Made by a program: the position numbers and the translations under genes. Below, one piece after another: positions 18,627-28,404 of a DNA stretch of 64,000 nt. A model generated the notes under the pieces. That model did no database searches. It was not told the DNA's origin and saw only the letters and a program-made list of their open reading frames with translations. Origin of the DNA: a virus. Where the stretch lies: positions 9,468-73,467 of IMG/VR virus record IMGVR_UViG_3300012930_000012. One strand, given 5' to 3'. How positions within the stretch are numbered: the first letter of the stretch is position 1; each line of letters opens with the position of its first letter.

Positions 18627-20156
18627 ATGTCACTTGCCGGTGATTTCAAACGCCTGTTCGATGGGCTAGACCGCTCTTACGGCCGCTATGTCGTGCCGAC
18701 CGGCGCGCGTCCAAACGATAAGGGCAAGCTCCACGACCCATCCTGGGCACGCACCGTGCACGGGGAGGTAACGCTTGAGCTTTGGGAACAGCACCTTGAA
18801 GGACGCTTTGGGCTAGGGATCGTTCCCATTAGGGACGATGCCACGTGTGTCTTTGGCGCCATAGACGTTGACATCTATCCGTTGGATCTTATAGACCTTG
18901 TAGCCTACGTTAAAAAGATGGAACTCCCCTTGGTGGTGTGCCGCACCAAATCTGGCGGCGCCCACCTGTACTTGTTTCTCACAGCCCCCGCCTCGGCGGA
19001 GCTTGTGAGAAGCAAGCTAATGGAATGGGCCGTGGTGCTGGGCTACCCCGGCGTTGAAGTATTCCCCAAGCAAACCAGGCTAGCCTCCGAAAAAGATGAT
19101 GGTTCCTGGATCAATGCACCCTACAACGGTGGCAAACGATCAACCAGGTACGCGCTTAAACCCGACGGTGCCGCCATGTCGTCGGAGGAGTTTGTCATCG
19201 CTGCGCAACGCTCAGCCATAACCCCGCAAAAACTGGCCGACTTTGAAATCCCCGCCGATGAAACCTCCGGCGACCTATTCTTAGGCGGCCCCCCTTGCCT
19301 CCAGACGCTATCCCGTAAGGGGTTTGGAGATTGGCAGAACAATGGGCTGTTCAACGTGGCGGTCTACCTCCGTAAGCGATGGGGCGACGGTTGGGAGGAC
19401 AGGCTCGACGCTTACAATCATAAGTACATGAACCCGCCGGTCTCCTCGAAAGATTTAGCCAACATCATCAAGTCGGTTAAGAAAAAAGCGTACTCGTATA
19501 TGTGCAAGCAAGAGCCCATCTGCGGCGTGTGCAACCGCCAGGTTTGCCTCACTCGGGACTTTGGTGTGGGCGGCCTTGGCGACGACCCCGGCGCCGTGCT
19601 GGGGGAGCTGTTGAAGCTCGAGACCGACCCGCCCACCTATATTTGGGACGTGGATGCGGCCCGTATTGAACTTACAGTCGATGACCTCATGGACCAGCGG
19701 CGCTTCCACAAGCTGGTGGTACAGCGCCTTAACAAGTGGCCCAACATGGTCAAGCCATCTGTGTGGCAAACCATCGTCCGGGATCGGCTGGCCCGGGTTG
19801 AGGTGGTTGAAGTGCCCGAAGACGCCACGCGAGAGGGTCAGTTCTGGGTGCACGTGCAACGGTTTTGCACCTCCAAGGTTCGCGGCCGGAGCATGGATGA
19901 GCTATTGCTGGGAAAGCCTTTCACCGAGGATGGCCGCACCTACTTTTGCTCGACCGACCTCATCCAGTATTTGAACCAGCACCGTTTTAACGGAGTCACC
20001 GATAAGGAGGTTTACAAGTGGATGCGTAAACGCGGGGTGACGCACCACTCAGGCAACCTCAAGGGCAAGTTCGTCAACTACTGGAGCTTGCCGGCATTTC
20101 CAGAGCAAACCGTGGACCACGATGTACCGCACGCGGCCCCGGTGGAGCGTATGTAA
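18627..20156 (+). CDS. AEP-superfamily primase (TOTE-like primase domain plus PriCT-like region)
   Basis: HLEG..GLG, FGAIDVD (DxD), RTKSGGAHLYLF, EVFPKQ, GPPCL, Cys cluster C..EPI...CN...C. Confidence 0.8.
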   Translation: MSLAGDFKRLFDGLDRSYGRYVVPTGARPNDKGKLHDPSWARTVHGEVTLELWEQHLEGRFGLGIVPIRDDATCVFGAIDVDIYPLDLIDLVAYVKKMELPLVVCRTKSGGAHLYLFLTAPASAELVRSKLMEWAVVLGYPGVEVFPKQTRLASEKDDGSWINAPYNGGKRSTRYALKPDGAAMSSEEFVIAAQRSAITPQKLADFEIPADETSGDLFLGGPPCLQTLSRKGFGDWQNNGLFNVAVYLRKRWGDGWEDRLDAYNHKYMNPPVSSKDLANIIKSVKKKAYSYMCKQEPICGVCNRQVCLTRDFGVGGLGDDPGAVLGELLKLETDPPTYIWDVDAARIELTVDDLMDQRRFHKLVVQRLNKWPNMVKPSVWQTIVRDRLARVEVVEVPEDATREGQFWVHVQRFCTSKVRGRSMDELLLGKPFTEDGRTYFCSTDLIQYLNQHRFNGVTDKEVYKWMRKRGVTHHSGNLKGKFVNYWSLPAFPEQTVDHDVPHAAPVERM

Positions 20157-21298
20157 TGGACCTCAAACCCCTAAGCCCAGTAACCATTGACCGCGAGCGA
20201 ACAAAGCTGGGCAAACGCGGTGAGCTACGCTGGCTGCACGTAAGACAGCTGGTCGTGGACCCTCGATACCAGCGGGCGGTTGGCCTTAAAGGCACAGACA
20301 ATATCAAAAAGATCGCGAAGGAATTCTCCTGGAGCTTCTTTTCCCCGGTCATCGTCTCCCCACGAAAGAGCGGCCAATACGCAATAATAGACGGGCAACA
20401 CCGCGCCACGGCGGCCGTATCGCGTGGGGATATCGAGGAAATCCCGTGCCTGGTGCTGGCGGCAACACCAGAGGAAGAGGCAATGGCCTTCGCCAAGATC
20501 AACGGTACCGTAACAAAAGTCTCGCCGCTGGCCATCTTCCGCGCCGAGTTTATGGCGGCCAAGCCAGACGTGATGCGCCTAACCGAAATTGTCTTCCGCG
20601 CCGATGTTGTAATCTTGGGCTATCCCAAAACCAAAGACAAGATGCTGGTCGGGGAAACCATGTCTGTTGTGTCAATTAAAGATTGCCTACGCAAGTTTGG
20701 GGAAAAGGTTTTGGTGGCGGCCTTGCGGACCATTACCAAAACGGGGAATGGGAACCCTGGAATGCTAAAGGAAGAGGTTATATCCGGCACGTGCGACATA
20801 TTGTCCAATCACCCCCATTGGTGGGTAGATGAACCAAAGCTCTTAGCAACCGTGAATGCGGTTGGCATAGTGGAACTCCACAGGCGAGCATCCATAGCCA
20901 AAGGTGCCGCCGGAAAAGGCAGCTATCGCGAGCACTACGCCTCCGCGTTTCTATCAGCCGTAGCACCGGCCTTTAAACCCACCCAGGTAGCCGTGGGTGT
21001 CCATGCCCCCCTGGCTTCGCTACCTACACTACAAAAACCTGTCAACCACGATCGTGCTCTCATTGAGGCGGCCTTGGCCGCCGGCAAGGTACGACGGTTT
21101 GACACCTCAGATTCCAGTGAGTTTTGGGTGCTAGCGGAATACATGCTCCATCGCACTGGTAAGGAATACAAACTTCTTAAGCGCAAGCCATCGCTGGATG
21201 GCCGAATCCTTGATTGGGACAAGTTCTATGAACTTGTAAACCGCGAACGTGTCAAGGAAAAGAAACCGCCTATAACCCCCAAGCAAGGAGCAAAATGA
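20156..21298 (+). CDS. ParB/Srx-like N-terminal domain protein (DUF6551-like)
   Basis: LVVDPRYQR, IIDGQHRATAA, EEAMAFAKIN. Confidence 0.75.
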   Translation: MDLKPLSPVTIDRERTKLGKRGELRWLHVRQLVVDPRYQRAVGLKGTDNIKKIAKEFSWSFFSPVIVSPRKSGQYAIIDGQHRATAAVSRGDIEEIPCLVLAATPEEEAMAFAKINGTVTKVSPLAIFRAEFMAAKPDVMRLTEIVFRADVVILGYPKTKDKMLVGETMSVVSIKDCLRKFGEKVLVAALRTITKTGNGNPGMLKEEVISGTCDILSNHPHWWVDEPKLLATVNAVGIVELHRRASIAKGAAGKGSYREHYASAFLSAVAPAFKPTQVAVGVHAPLASLPTLQKPVNHDRALIEAALAAGKVRRFDTSDSSEFWVLAEYMLHRTGKEYKLLKRKPSLDGRILDWDKFYELVNRERVKEKKPPITPKQGAK

Positions 21299-21439
21299 TG
21301 GACGAGGATGAGCGCTACAGACGCACTCGGGAGCGGCTAGGCATAGGCAACTTGCCCCCTGACCAAAGAATGAAAGAACGCAATTCAACAAACCAGGCGG
21401 CCAACCCAACCAAGGGCAGCAACCAAAGGAGCATTCACA

Positions 21440-23182
21440 ATGGGACCCCAGACCAAAGCAGCTGACGACCTCCACGCCATGAAGTACCGTAGCCGGAACG
21501 AGGATTTCCGCGAGGCCATGAATCGGGTGGCTTTTGGCCTCAAGGATTCTGACGCCCACTACCACGAGTTCCGCGAGATATTATTGGAGCAACGCTTCCT
21601 TCCCGGGGGGCGGGTCCAGGGGGCGGTGGGGGCGACTAGGCACACCACGGCATTCAACTGTTATGTCTCCGGTACCATCGTGGATTCTTTTACTGATGGG
21701 CCTGGTAGCATTATGGCCCGGGCGCACGAGGCCGCGGCCACCATGCGGATGGGGGGTGGTATTGGCTATGACTTTTCCACATTACGCCCGCGCGGTGCAT
21801 TGGTGCGCCGGCTCCAAAGTTCCTCGAGCGGCCCCATCAACTTCATGCGCATCTTCAATGAAATTTGCTTGTGCACGGCATCCAGCGGCCACCGTCGTGG
21901 TGCCCAAATGGGTGTCATGCGGGTGGATCATCCCGACATAGAGGAGTTCATCCTCGCCAAGCAAAACGCGGACAAGCTCACGGGCTTCAACGTGTCCGTG
22001 GCGGTCACCGATGAGTTCATGGAAGCGGCGCTGGCCGGCAAGGACTTTGATTTGAAGTTCAATGGCGAAGTGCACCGCACGGTGCAAGCGGATTACCTCT
22101 GGGAGCGCATCATGCGGTCCACGTGGGACTTTGCCGAGCCTGGCGTGCTTTTTATCGACCGGGTGAATTCCATGAATAACCTCTACTACGGCGAGGTTAT
22201 CGCGGCCACTAACCCGTGTGGGGAGCAGCCCTTGCCGCCGTTTGGGGCGTGCTTGTTGGGATCGTTCAACCTGGTCAAGTACCTCAATAAAAGCGCGTCC
22301 GTTGTGCGCACCGACCAGGGTAAGGCTGTTGGTGTTGACATATTGGGCTATAGCTTTGACTGGGACCAGTTCCACCACGATATCCCTATCGTGGTGAGGG
22401 CAATGGATAACGTAACCGATAGGACACGCTACCCATTAGCGGAGCAGCGTGCGGAGGCTGTGTCAAAGCGGCGCATGGGCTTGGGTGTAACTGGCCTTGC
22501 CAACGCGGCGGAGGCCCTGGGGCACCCTTATGGAAGCCCTGCGTTCCGTGGCTTTGAGGAAGATGTTTTGGGTCACTTGCTGCGTTTGGCCTATATCGCA
22601 TCCACGGATCTAGCCAAGGAAAAGGGTCCTTTCCCACTATTCGATGCGGAGCGCTTCCTCGCCGGCAAATTTGCGCAAACGCTGGATTCAGTGGTCAAGC
22701 AAGCCATACACGACAAGGGACTCCGCAACAGCCATTTGACAAGTATCGCGCCAACCGGGACCATCTCGATGTGCGCGGACAATGTGTCCTCGAGCATTGA
22801 GCCGGTGTTCGCCTACCAGACCCAGCGGCCGGTGAACACCCCGGACGGCCAGCAAGTCATGACCATCGATGACTATGGTGCCAGTATTCTTAGCGTCAAG
22901 GGCCGGTTAGCCGCGGAGGTGACGGCGGCCGAGCATGTGGCGGTGCTTACCACGGCCCAGAAGTATGTTGACTCAGCGGTGAGCAAGACGGTCAACATGG
23001 ATGGGCGCACCATGCCCTGGGCGGAGTTCAAGGATCTGTACAAGCGGGCATGGGAGGGTGGCGCCAAGGGCTGCACCACATTCAACGTGGCTGGTTTGCG
23101 CGGTGCCTTGCTCTCCGATGCAACCGAGGGCACGGCGGCGTGCGCCATTGACGGGGAAACCGGGCGGAGGGAGTGTGCATGA
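21440..23182 (+). CDS. nrdJ: Class II (adenosylcobalamin-dependent) ribonucleotide reductase
   Basis: FLPGGR, NCYV, RRGAQMG, TNPCGEQPL, IAPTGTIS, SKTVN, C-terminal C...GRREC; no small-subunit gene nearby. Confidence 0.9.
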   Translation: MGPQTKAADDLHAMKYRSRNEDFREAMNRVAFGLKDSDAHYHEFREILLEQRFLPGGRVQGAVGATRHTTAFNCYVSGTIVDSFTDGPGSIMARAHEAAATMRMGGGIGYDFSTLRPRGALVRRLQSSSSGPINFMRIFNEICLCTASSGHRRGAQMGVMRVDHPDIEEFILAKQNADKLTGFNVSVAVTDEFMEAALAGKDFDLKFNGEVHRTVQADYLWERIMRSTWDFAEPGVLFIDRVNSMNNLYYGEVIAATNPCGEQPLPPFGACLLGSFNLVKYLNKSASVVRTDQGKAVGVDILGYSFDWDQFHHDIPIVVRAMDNVTDRTRYPLAEQRAEAVSKRRMGLGVTGLANAAEALGHPYGSPAFRGFEEDVLGHLLRLAYIASTDLAKEKGPFPLFDAERFLAGKFAQTLDSVVKQAIHDKGLRNSHLTSIAPTGTISMCADNVSSSIEPVFAYQTQRPVNTPDGQQVMTIDDYGASILSVKGRLAAEVTAAEHVAVLTTAQKYVDSAVSKTVNMDGRTMPWAEFKDLYKRAWEGGAKGCTTFNVAGLRGALLSDATEGTAACAIDGETGRRECA

Positions 23183-23694
23183 GTACGCACGCGCTAAAGC
23201 CAAGCATAGCCGTGAAGCCGGTTTGTGTCTTTCAGGACTGGCTGTTCGCTCTTACAATGCAGCAACAGTCTGTTTTGGTATTGGCGTGTCGTGGGCCTGA
23301 TGGGGTGGCTAAGTTTCATCCGGTCAAGCCAATCGTAGCACGTTACCGCGCAACCGTACTCAAAGCTGCTTATCTTGGCCGGGCGATGCGTGTGGACGAA
23401 GGTGATGACACTACCTTCATGACACTGATAGATTTTAGCAATGATGAGCACTGGATAGCCATGTGCCAAAGCTTCTTTGACAATGTCGATGAGGCACCCC
23501 ACCACTACTACATGCACTTGTTACACGGGGCTCAGATAATTGGTTACAAGCACCCTATGGAAACGTTCCGCCATCGTTGGGGTGAATTTTATGCAAGGTG
23601 CTGCCGCGACCTTCACCTGTACCCAGAAAGTGAAGAACAAATGGATAAACGACTGGGAGACTGGAATCGTAAACACTGGGATGTACTCAAATGA
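23179..23694 (+). CDS. Conserved His-rich phage protein of unknown function
   Basis: QDW...MQQQSVL.LACRGPDG, PHHYYMHLLH, IIGYKHP. Confidence 0.65.
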   Translation: MSTHALKPSIAVKPVCVFQDWLFALTMQQQSVLVLACRGPDGVAKFHPVKPIVARYRATVLKAAYLGRAMRVDEGDDTTFMTLIDFSNDEHWIAMCQSFFDNVDEAPHHYYMHLLHGAQIIGYKHPMETFRHRWGEFYARCCRDLHLYPESEEQMDKRLGDWNRKHWDVLK

Positions 23695-23888
23695 CATTTT
23701 TGACGGTTTACTTGCTGATTGGAACCCTACTGGGTTTTATGGTCTTGTCAGAACGCGAACACAGAGTCTGGCAGCAGTGGCTCCTCTACCCGGTGCTTTT
23801 CGCTCTCCTAGGCGGCTTTTTTCTCTTGTTCCGCATAATGGCAAACAACGCCCGGGACATAGCCGAAGACCTGGATGCGAAAGAATGA
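23691..23888 (+). CDS. Small membrane protein (2 TM)
   Basis: Two hydrophobic stretches; ATGA overlaps. Confidence 0.5.
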   Translation: MTFLTVYLLIGTLLGFMVLSEREHRVWQQWLLYPVLFALLGGFFLLFRIMANNARDIAEDLDAKE

Positions 23889-24058
23889 CACCGGGCCAAC
23901 ACGCTGACCGCGCTTTAACCTTGGTCAACCAGGCCAGTGGGTCGTTGGGTTATATGGTCATCAAGCGCAAGCTCCAGCGGTGGCGGCTGGCTGAGGTGGT
24001 GCGCAAGCTAGAAAGCGCCTTGGCTGACCTAAAACGTGCCACGGGGGAGGATTTGTGA
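23885..24058 (+). CDS. Hypothetical protein
   Basis: ATGA-coupled start MTPGQH. Confidence 0.45.
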   Translation: MTPGQHADRALTLVNQASGSLGYMVIKRKLQRWRLAEVVRKLESALADLKRATGEDL

Positions 24059-25509
24059 AACGCACACTCGTCCTCGGTGGCCCTGGCGCCGGCAAGACCC
24101 GCCGGCTCCTGGGTGTCATGGAGGAGGCACTCGACCAGGGAATCCCACCCGGTCGAGTAGCATTTGTGTCATTCACCAAGGCGGCTGTCAATGAAGCCCG
24201 CACCCGCGCGTGCGAACGCTTTGGGCTCCAACCACGAGACCTACCCTATTTCCGCACCTTGCACAGCCTGGCCTTCCGCGAGCTTGGCCTTCAACGCCAT
24301 GACATCGTCGGTGAGGAGCACCTGGCCGAGCTTGCTCTCACCACGGGCGAGCTGTTCACCGGAGACGCCACCACGGAAGGCCCAGCCGCCGGCCGCAACG
24401 CCGACCCGTTGCTAACGCTAGACCATTACGCCCGCACCACCATGACAAGCCTTCGCGACGCATGGCAAGACCACGGCGGAGAGGTTGAATGGTTCCGGCT
24501 TAAGCGGTTTAGCGATGCTTACCACGACTACAAACGCGAACGCGAAATAATGGACTTCACAGACTTACTCATCGCCTACGTGGATTCCGCCTTGCCACCC
24601 GTTGGCGTGGATGTGGCCGTGGTTGATGAAGTCCAGGACCTAACGCTGCGCCAGCACGCCGTGGTGGATAAAGCCTTTGCCAATGCAAAGGCTTTGTGGT
24701 GGGCCGGCGACGATGATCAAAGCATCCACCGCTGGGCCGGCGCCGCCGAGGACCGCCTCTACGCGCTGGAATGCGACCGCGAAGTCCTCCCCCTGTCCCA
24801 CCGCTTGCCGAGCGAAATTTTTAATCTCTCTCAGCAAGTCGTTCGCCGCATTGGCCGGCGCTTTGCAAAAGACCAGGGGGCGGTGCGTACGGGTGGCCGG
24901 GTGGAGTGGGTTTCCGGTGCCGATGAGGTGGATCTTTCTTCTGGTACATGGTTGTTGCTCGCGAGGACTCGCGCTCAGCTGGACCATCACGTGCAGCTGG
25001 CCCGGGAGCAAGGCGTGGTCTACCGGCTCAAGGGGGAAACAAGCGTCAAGGCGGAGCACGTGCGGGCCATACTGGCGTACGAGAATCTGCGTGCCGGGAG
25101 GCGTGTGGATGGCCTAATGGTGGCGGATGCGCTCCGGGCCGCCGGGGTGCGCAAGAATATCGATGAGGGTTCCTCCTATACCGCGGATGAACTTGGTTTT
25201 GATACGAAACCCATCTGGCATGATGCGCTGGTGCGCATACCGCTCGAGGATCGTGAATACTACCTGACGTGCCTCCGACGAGGGGAAAAGCTCACCGAGC
25301 CGCCCCGGGTGCGGGTTGAAACCATCCATGGCGCCAAAGGGCTTGAATCTGAGAGCACGCTGCTTATCACAGACATGACCTACCGTACTCACAGGGGCTA
25401 CGAATTAGACCCTGATTCTGAGATGAGGGTTCTTTATGTTGGGCTAACCCGGGCATCCGATAACCTGGTGCTGGTGGCGCCCCAAACGGCGTACGGATAT
25501 TCTTTTTGA
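24055..25509 (+). CDS. UvrD/Rep-family SF1 helicase (replication module)
   Basis: GGPGAGKT, SFTKAA, TLHSLA, VDEVQD, GDDDQSI, TIHGAKGLE, YVGLTRA. Confidence 0.88.
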   Translation: MKRTLVLGGPGAGKTRRLLGVMEEALDQGIPPGRVAFVSFTKAAVNEARTRACERFGLQPRDLPYFRTLHSLAFRELGLQRHDIVGEEHLAELALTTGELFTGDATTEGPAAGRNADPLLTLDHYARTTMTSLRDAWQDHGGEVEWFRLKRFSDAYHDYKREREIMDFTDLLIAYVDSALPPVGVDVAVVDEVQDLTLRQHAVVDKAFANAKALWWAGDDDQSIHRWAGAAEDRLYALECDREVLPLSHRLPSEIFNLSQQVVRRIGRRFAKDQGAVRTGGRVEWVSGADEVDLSSGTWLLLARTRAQLDHHVQLAREQGVVYRLKGETSVKAEHVRAILAYENLRAGRRVDGLMVADALRAAGVRKNIDEGSSYTADELGFDTKPIWHDALVRIPLEDREYYLTCLRRGEKLTEPPRVRVETIHGAKGLESESTLLITDMTYRTHRGYELDPDSEMRVLYVGLTRASDNLVLVAPQTAYGYSF

Positions 25510-25516
25510 GAGGGGG

Positions 25517-25545
25517 TTTACTTTTGCCTAAACGTTCTTTATGGG
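25517..25545 (+). promoter_or_regulatory. Sigma70-like promoter (TTTACT-17-TATGGG)
   Basis: Shares GnnTTTACTyTTGC with 38321 and 40044; intergenic. Confidence 0.5.
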
Positions 25546-25569
25546 TGGCGACAGAGCAAGGAGAACCAC

Positions 25570-25755
25570 ATGCAAACCTTCGAAGTTGATCGTGAGATCT
25601 TCCATCAGATGATGAGGCAGTTGGCCGGCGGAACCTTTCGCGGTGAGCCCATGAGTGCTAACGCCATAAACGAGATGCACCTTGTGGCGGAAAAGCTGGC
25701 GCACGCCACGGCCATCAAGCAAAACGGCGCGACCGTGGAAGTGGTTGTGCCGTGA
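25570..25755 (+). CDS. Hypothetical protein
   Basis: Preceded by the AGAGCAAGGAGAACCAC motif. Confidence 0.6.
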   Translation: MQTFEVDREIFHQMMRQLAGGTFRGEPMSANAINEMHLVAEKLAHATAIKQNGATVEVVVP

Positions 25756-25988
25756 CCGTTTCCAAGGAGCTGGCCGCACACGAGGCTTGGGTGCGCGACA
25801 ATGCCGCCTACTACTCGGCGGTTATCTTCCGCGGCCGGGGACAATTCTACCGCAAGGAGGCCCCCACGCTGGAGGGTATCCGTGCGCTGGCACGCGAGAT
25901 GCTTGTGGAGGTGGGCGGCTTGCGCCCGGCCGGCATCTACGCGGTGCGGGACGCCTACGAGGTTCATGTGGAGAACGTGATACCATGA
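25752..25988 (+). CDS. Hypothetical protein
   Basis: GTGA/ATGA coupling. Confidence 0.55.
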   Translation: MTVSKELAAHEAWVRDNAAYYSAVIFRGRGQFYRKEAPTLEGIRALAREMLVEVGGLRPAGIYAVRDAYEVHVENVIP

Positions 25989-26620
25989 GCGTGTACCTCA
26001 TTACCTACCGTAACTACTTGGAGCGTGTGCGGGTGTACCGCTATGAGACGATACAGGATGCGGATCGGGCGCTGGCGCTGCCGGACGCCGACCAGGCGGT
26101 AAGCGGCTTTGTTGCCTCCGTGCCGCACAACAGTGTGAATACGAGCACCACGCTCCTCCAGGATTTGCTTGACCAGTGGCGCAAGCCAGATGAACCTGAA
26201 CATGATCTTGGAACCCACGGCAAGGTGAAGCAACGCTTCTTTACCGTGCTTGAATCAACTTACGGCCACATTCCTCTGAGTGTGGCACCAGCCTTGCCGG
26301 CACCTGGCGCACCGGCCGCTGAAACCAACCCCGCGCCAACAATGGAGACTGCAATGGCAAAGAAGGCAAAAAAGACACCGAAGGCGAAAAAGGAAGCCAA
26401 CGGCCCAAAGGCGCCCCGCGCATTGAAGCAGGGCATGGTGTTCGCGCTCAAGGGCTTCGTGCTCAAGAACCCGGGCATCACGGACGAAGACTTGATGGCG
26501 AAGCTCAAGGGCGACGGCTTCAAGCCGGCCGAATCCTCGGTGGCCACGTTCCGCCAGGACTTTGTGCACTCCCTGAGGTTTCTCAACCTCCAGGGCTACA
26601 AGGTGCCGGAACCCGGCTAA
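25985..26620 (+). CDS. Putative DNA-binding protein with Lys-rich linker and C-terminal helical domain
   Basis: MAKKAKKTPKAKKE linker; internal in-frame ATG at 26354 with its own GGAG. Confidence 0.6.
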   Translation: MSVYLITYRNYLERVRVYRYETIQDADRALALPDADQAVSGFVASVPHNSVNTSTTLLQDLLDQWRKPDEPEHDLGTHGKVKQRFFTVLESTYGHIPLSVAPALPAPGAPAAETNPAPTMETAMAKKAKKTPKAKKEANGPKAPRALKQGMVFALKGFVLKNPGITDEDLMAKLKGDGFKPAESSVATFRQDFVHSLRFLNLQGYKVPEPG

Positions 26621-27396
26621 TGTTGGACATACACACCTTCGCGTACTTGGATTCACCTACGCCGGTTCAGGTGCGCGAAGGTGTGTTCCTAAAGCGGGAC
26701 GATTTATTTCTCGCAGCTGGAGCACCGGGTGGCAAGGCCAGGACTTGCTGGCACCTGTCACAAGGCGCAAAGGGCCTTGTGACAGCGTCCAGCCGGGCAT
26801 CGCCACAAATGAACATTGTGGCCCGCATTGCCGCCCACCTGGGCATCCCAGCCAGGCTCCATTGCCCCCAGGGTGCTTTCACACCGGAGATGAACGAGGC
26901 CCGCTCCTTTGGAGCGGTCATCGTTCAGCATCGCGCCGGCTACAACTCGGTCATAAAGGCCCGCGCCAAGGCCGACGCTTTGACACTTGGTTGGACCCAC
27001 ATACCGTTTGGGATGGAATGCCAGGAGGCCGTGAAGCAAACGGCCACACAAGTGGCACATCTTCCGGCGGAAATACGCCGCGTGGTCATGGCCGTTGGTA
27101 GCGGCATGTCGCTGGCCGGCGTGCTCAATGGGCTCACCCAGCACCGGCTAAACATCCCCATCCTAGGTGTCGTGGTGGGCGCCGACCCCACGGCCAGGCT
27201 CACCCAGTACGCCCCACTATTCTGGCGCACTGTGGTGGAATTGGTGCAGCCCGGCATCGATTATCACAAACCCGCACCATTGACGGACATCGGAGATGTC
27301 CATCTTGACCCCATCTACGAGGCCAAGTGTTTGCCATATCTTAAAGAGGATGACCTCTTTTGGCTGGTGGGCATACGGGCGAGTGCCATGCAATGA
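26620..27396 (+). CDS. PLP-dependent enzyme (fold type II, ACC deaminase/cysteine synthase-like)
   Basis: LKRDDL...GGKAR (Schiff-base Lys), SPQ, VGSGMSLAG phosphate loop, LDPIYEAK. Confidence 0.85.
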   Translation: MLDIHTFAYLDSPTPVQVREGVFLKRDDLFLAAGAPGGKARTCWHLSQGAKGLVTASSRASPQMNIVARIAAHLGIPARLHCPQGAFTPEMNEARSFGAVIVQHRAGYNSVIKARAKADALTLGWTHIPFGMECQEAVKQTATQVAHLPAEIRRVVMAVGSGMSLAGVLNGLTQHRLNIPILGVVVGADPTARLTQYAPLFWRTVVELVQPGIDYHKPAPLTDIGDVHLDPIYEAKCLPYLKEDDLFWLVGIRASAMQ

Positions 27397-28166
27397 CTGA
27401 CGACCTCCTCTTTAGCAAGAAGAGTCAAAACCGCCTCAACGAAATCATGAGCGGAACGGAGGATGGTGGATTTTCAACCGGCACCTCGATCTTCGACCCC
27501 GTGCTGTGTGAACTGGTGTACCGTTGGTTCTGCCCAGGGGGGGGACAGATCATTGATCCCTTTGCCGGCGGGTCCGTGCGCGGCATCGTGGCCGCCAAGT
27601 TAGGCTATGCCTACACAGGTATTGACTTATCTAGCAGACAGCTGGAAGCAAACCGCATCCAGGCCGCCACCATTTGCAAGGATGGGCCAACGCCAACCTG
27701 GGTGGACGGCAACAGCCTGGAAATTGAAGCCTTACTGGAAGACGTGCGTGCGGACCTTGTATTTTCCTGCCCACCATACGCTGATTTAGAAATTTATTCG
27801 GATGACGAGCGGGACCTCTCAACCATGCCGTATGAAGAATTCCGTTCGGTGTACACAGAAATCATCGCCGCGTGCGTGCGGATGCTTAAACCCAACCGCT
27901 TCGCCTGTTTCGTGGTGGGGGACATCCGCGATAAAGACGGCTTTTACCGCGGGTTCCCATGGCATACGGTCCAAGCGTTCCAAGATGCAGGTGCCCGGCT
28001 GTACAACGAGGCCATCCTTGTTACGGCCGTGGGGAGCTTGCCGGTGCGCATCACCCGGCAATTTTCAGGCGGGCGCAAGCTAGGCAAGACGCATCAGAAC
28101 TTATTTGTCTTTTGCAAGGGAGATCCCATGTTAGCGGCGAGGGCGTGCGGAGCCAAAGATGACTAG
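27393..28166 (+). CDS. SAM-dependent amino-DNA methyltransferase catalytic body (N-terminal module absent)
   Basis: TSIFDPVLCE, motif I DPFAGGSVRG, motif IV SCPPY, RKLGKTHQN; ATGA-coupled to the PLP enzyme. Confidence 0.88.
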   Translation: MTDDLLFSKKSQNRLNEIMSGTEDGGFSTGTSIFDPVLCELVYRWFCPGGGQIIDPFAGGSVRGIVAAKLGYAYTGIDLSSRQLEANRIQAATICKDGPTPTWVDGNSLEIEALLEDVRADLVFSCPPYADLEIYSDDERDLSTMPYEEFRSVYTEIIAACVRMLKPNRFACFVVGDIRDKDGFYRGFPWHTVQAFQDAGARLYNEAILVTAVGSLPVRITRQFSGGRKLGKTHQNLFVFCKGDPMLAARACGAKDD

Positions 28167-28404
28167 TCTACCCATTGACTATCGACGCCGGCCCTGGAAG
28201 GCCAAGTACATAGACACCGAGTGTCTAGCAACAAATCGCTGGTGCATCTTGGGAGAATATCAAGATGGCACTGTTAGCATCACAGACGGAACAGACGATA
28301 TAATGGAACACGTGCCAAAAGACGTGGCTCAAAACATCGTTGATGCCCGTAACACCTTTGTTGACACCCTCATGAAGCACATTGGCTATGCACGAAACGA
28401 TTAA
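28159..28404 (+). CDS. Hypothetical protein, 81 aa
   Basis: RBS GGAG; overlaps both neighbours. Confidence 0.55.
   Translation: MTSLPIDYRRRPWKAKYIDTECLATNRWCILGEYQDGTVSITDGTDDIMEHVPKDVAQNIVDARNTFVDTLMKHIGYARND

Noticed and set aside
20156-21298. ParB-like gene as evidence of a plasmid prophage
   Set aside because: No ParA, parS array, integrase or CI/Cro switch was seen, and ParB-like domains are common in phage DNA-metabolism clusters. Lifestyle is left undetermined.
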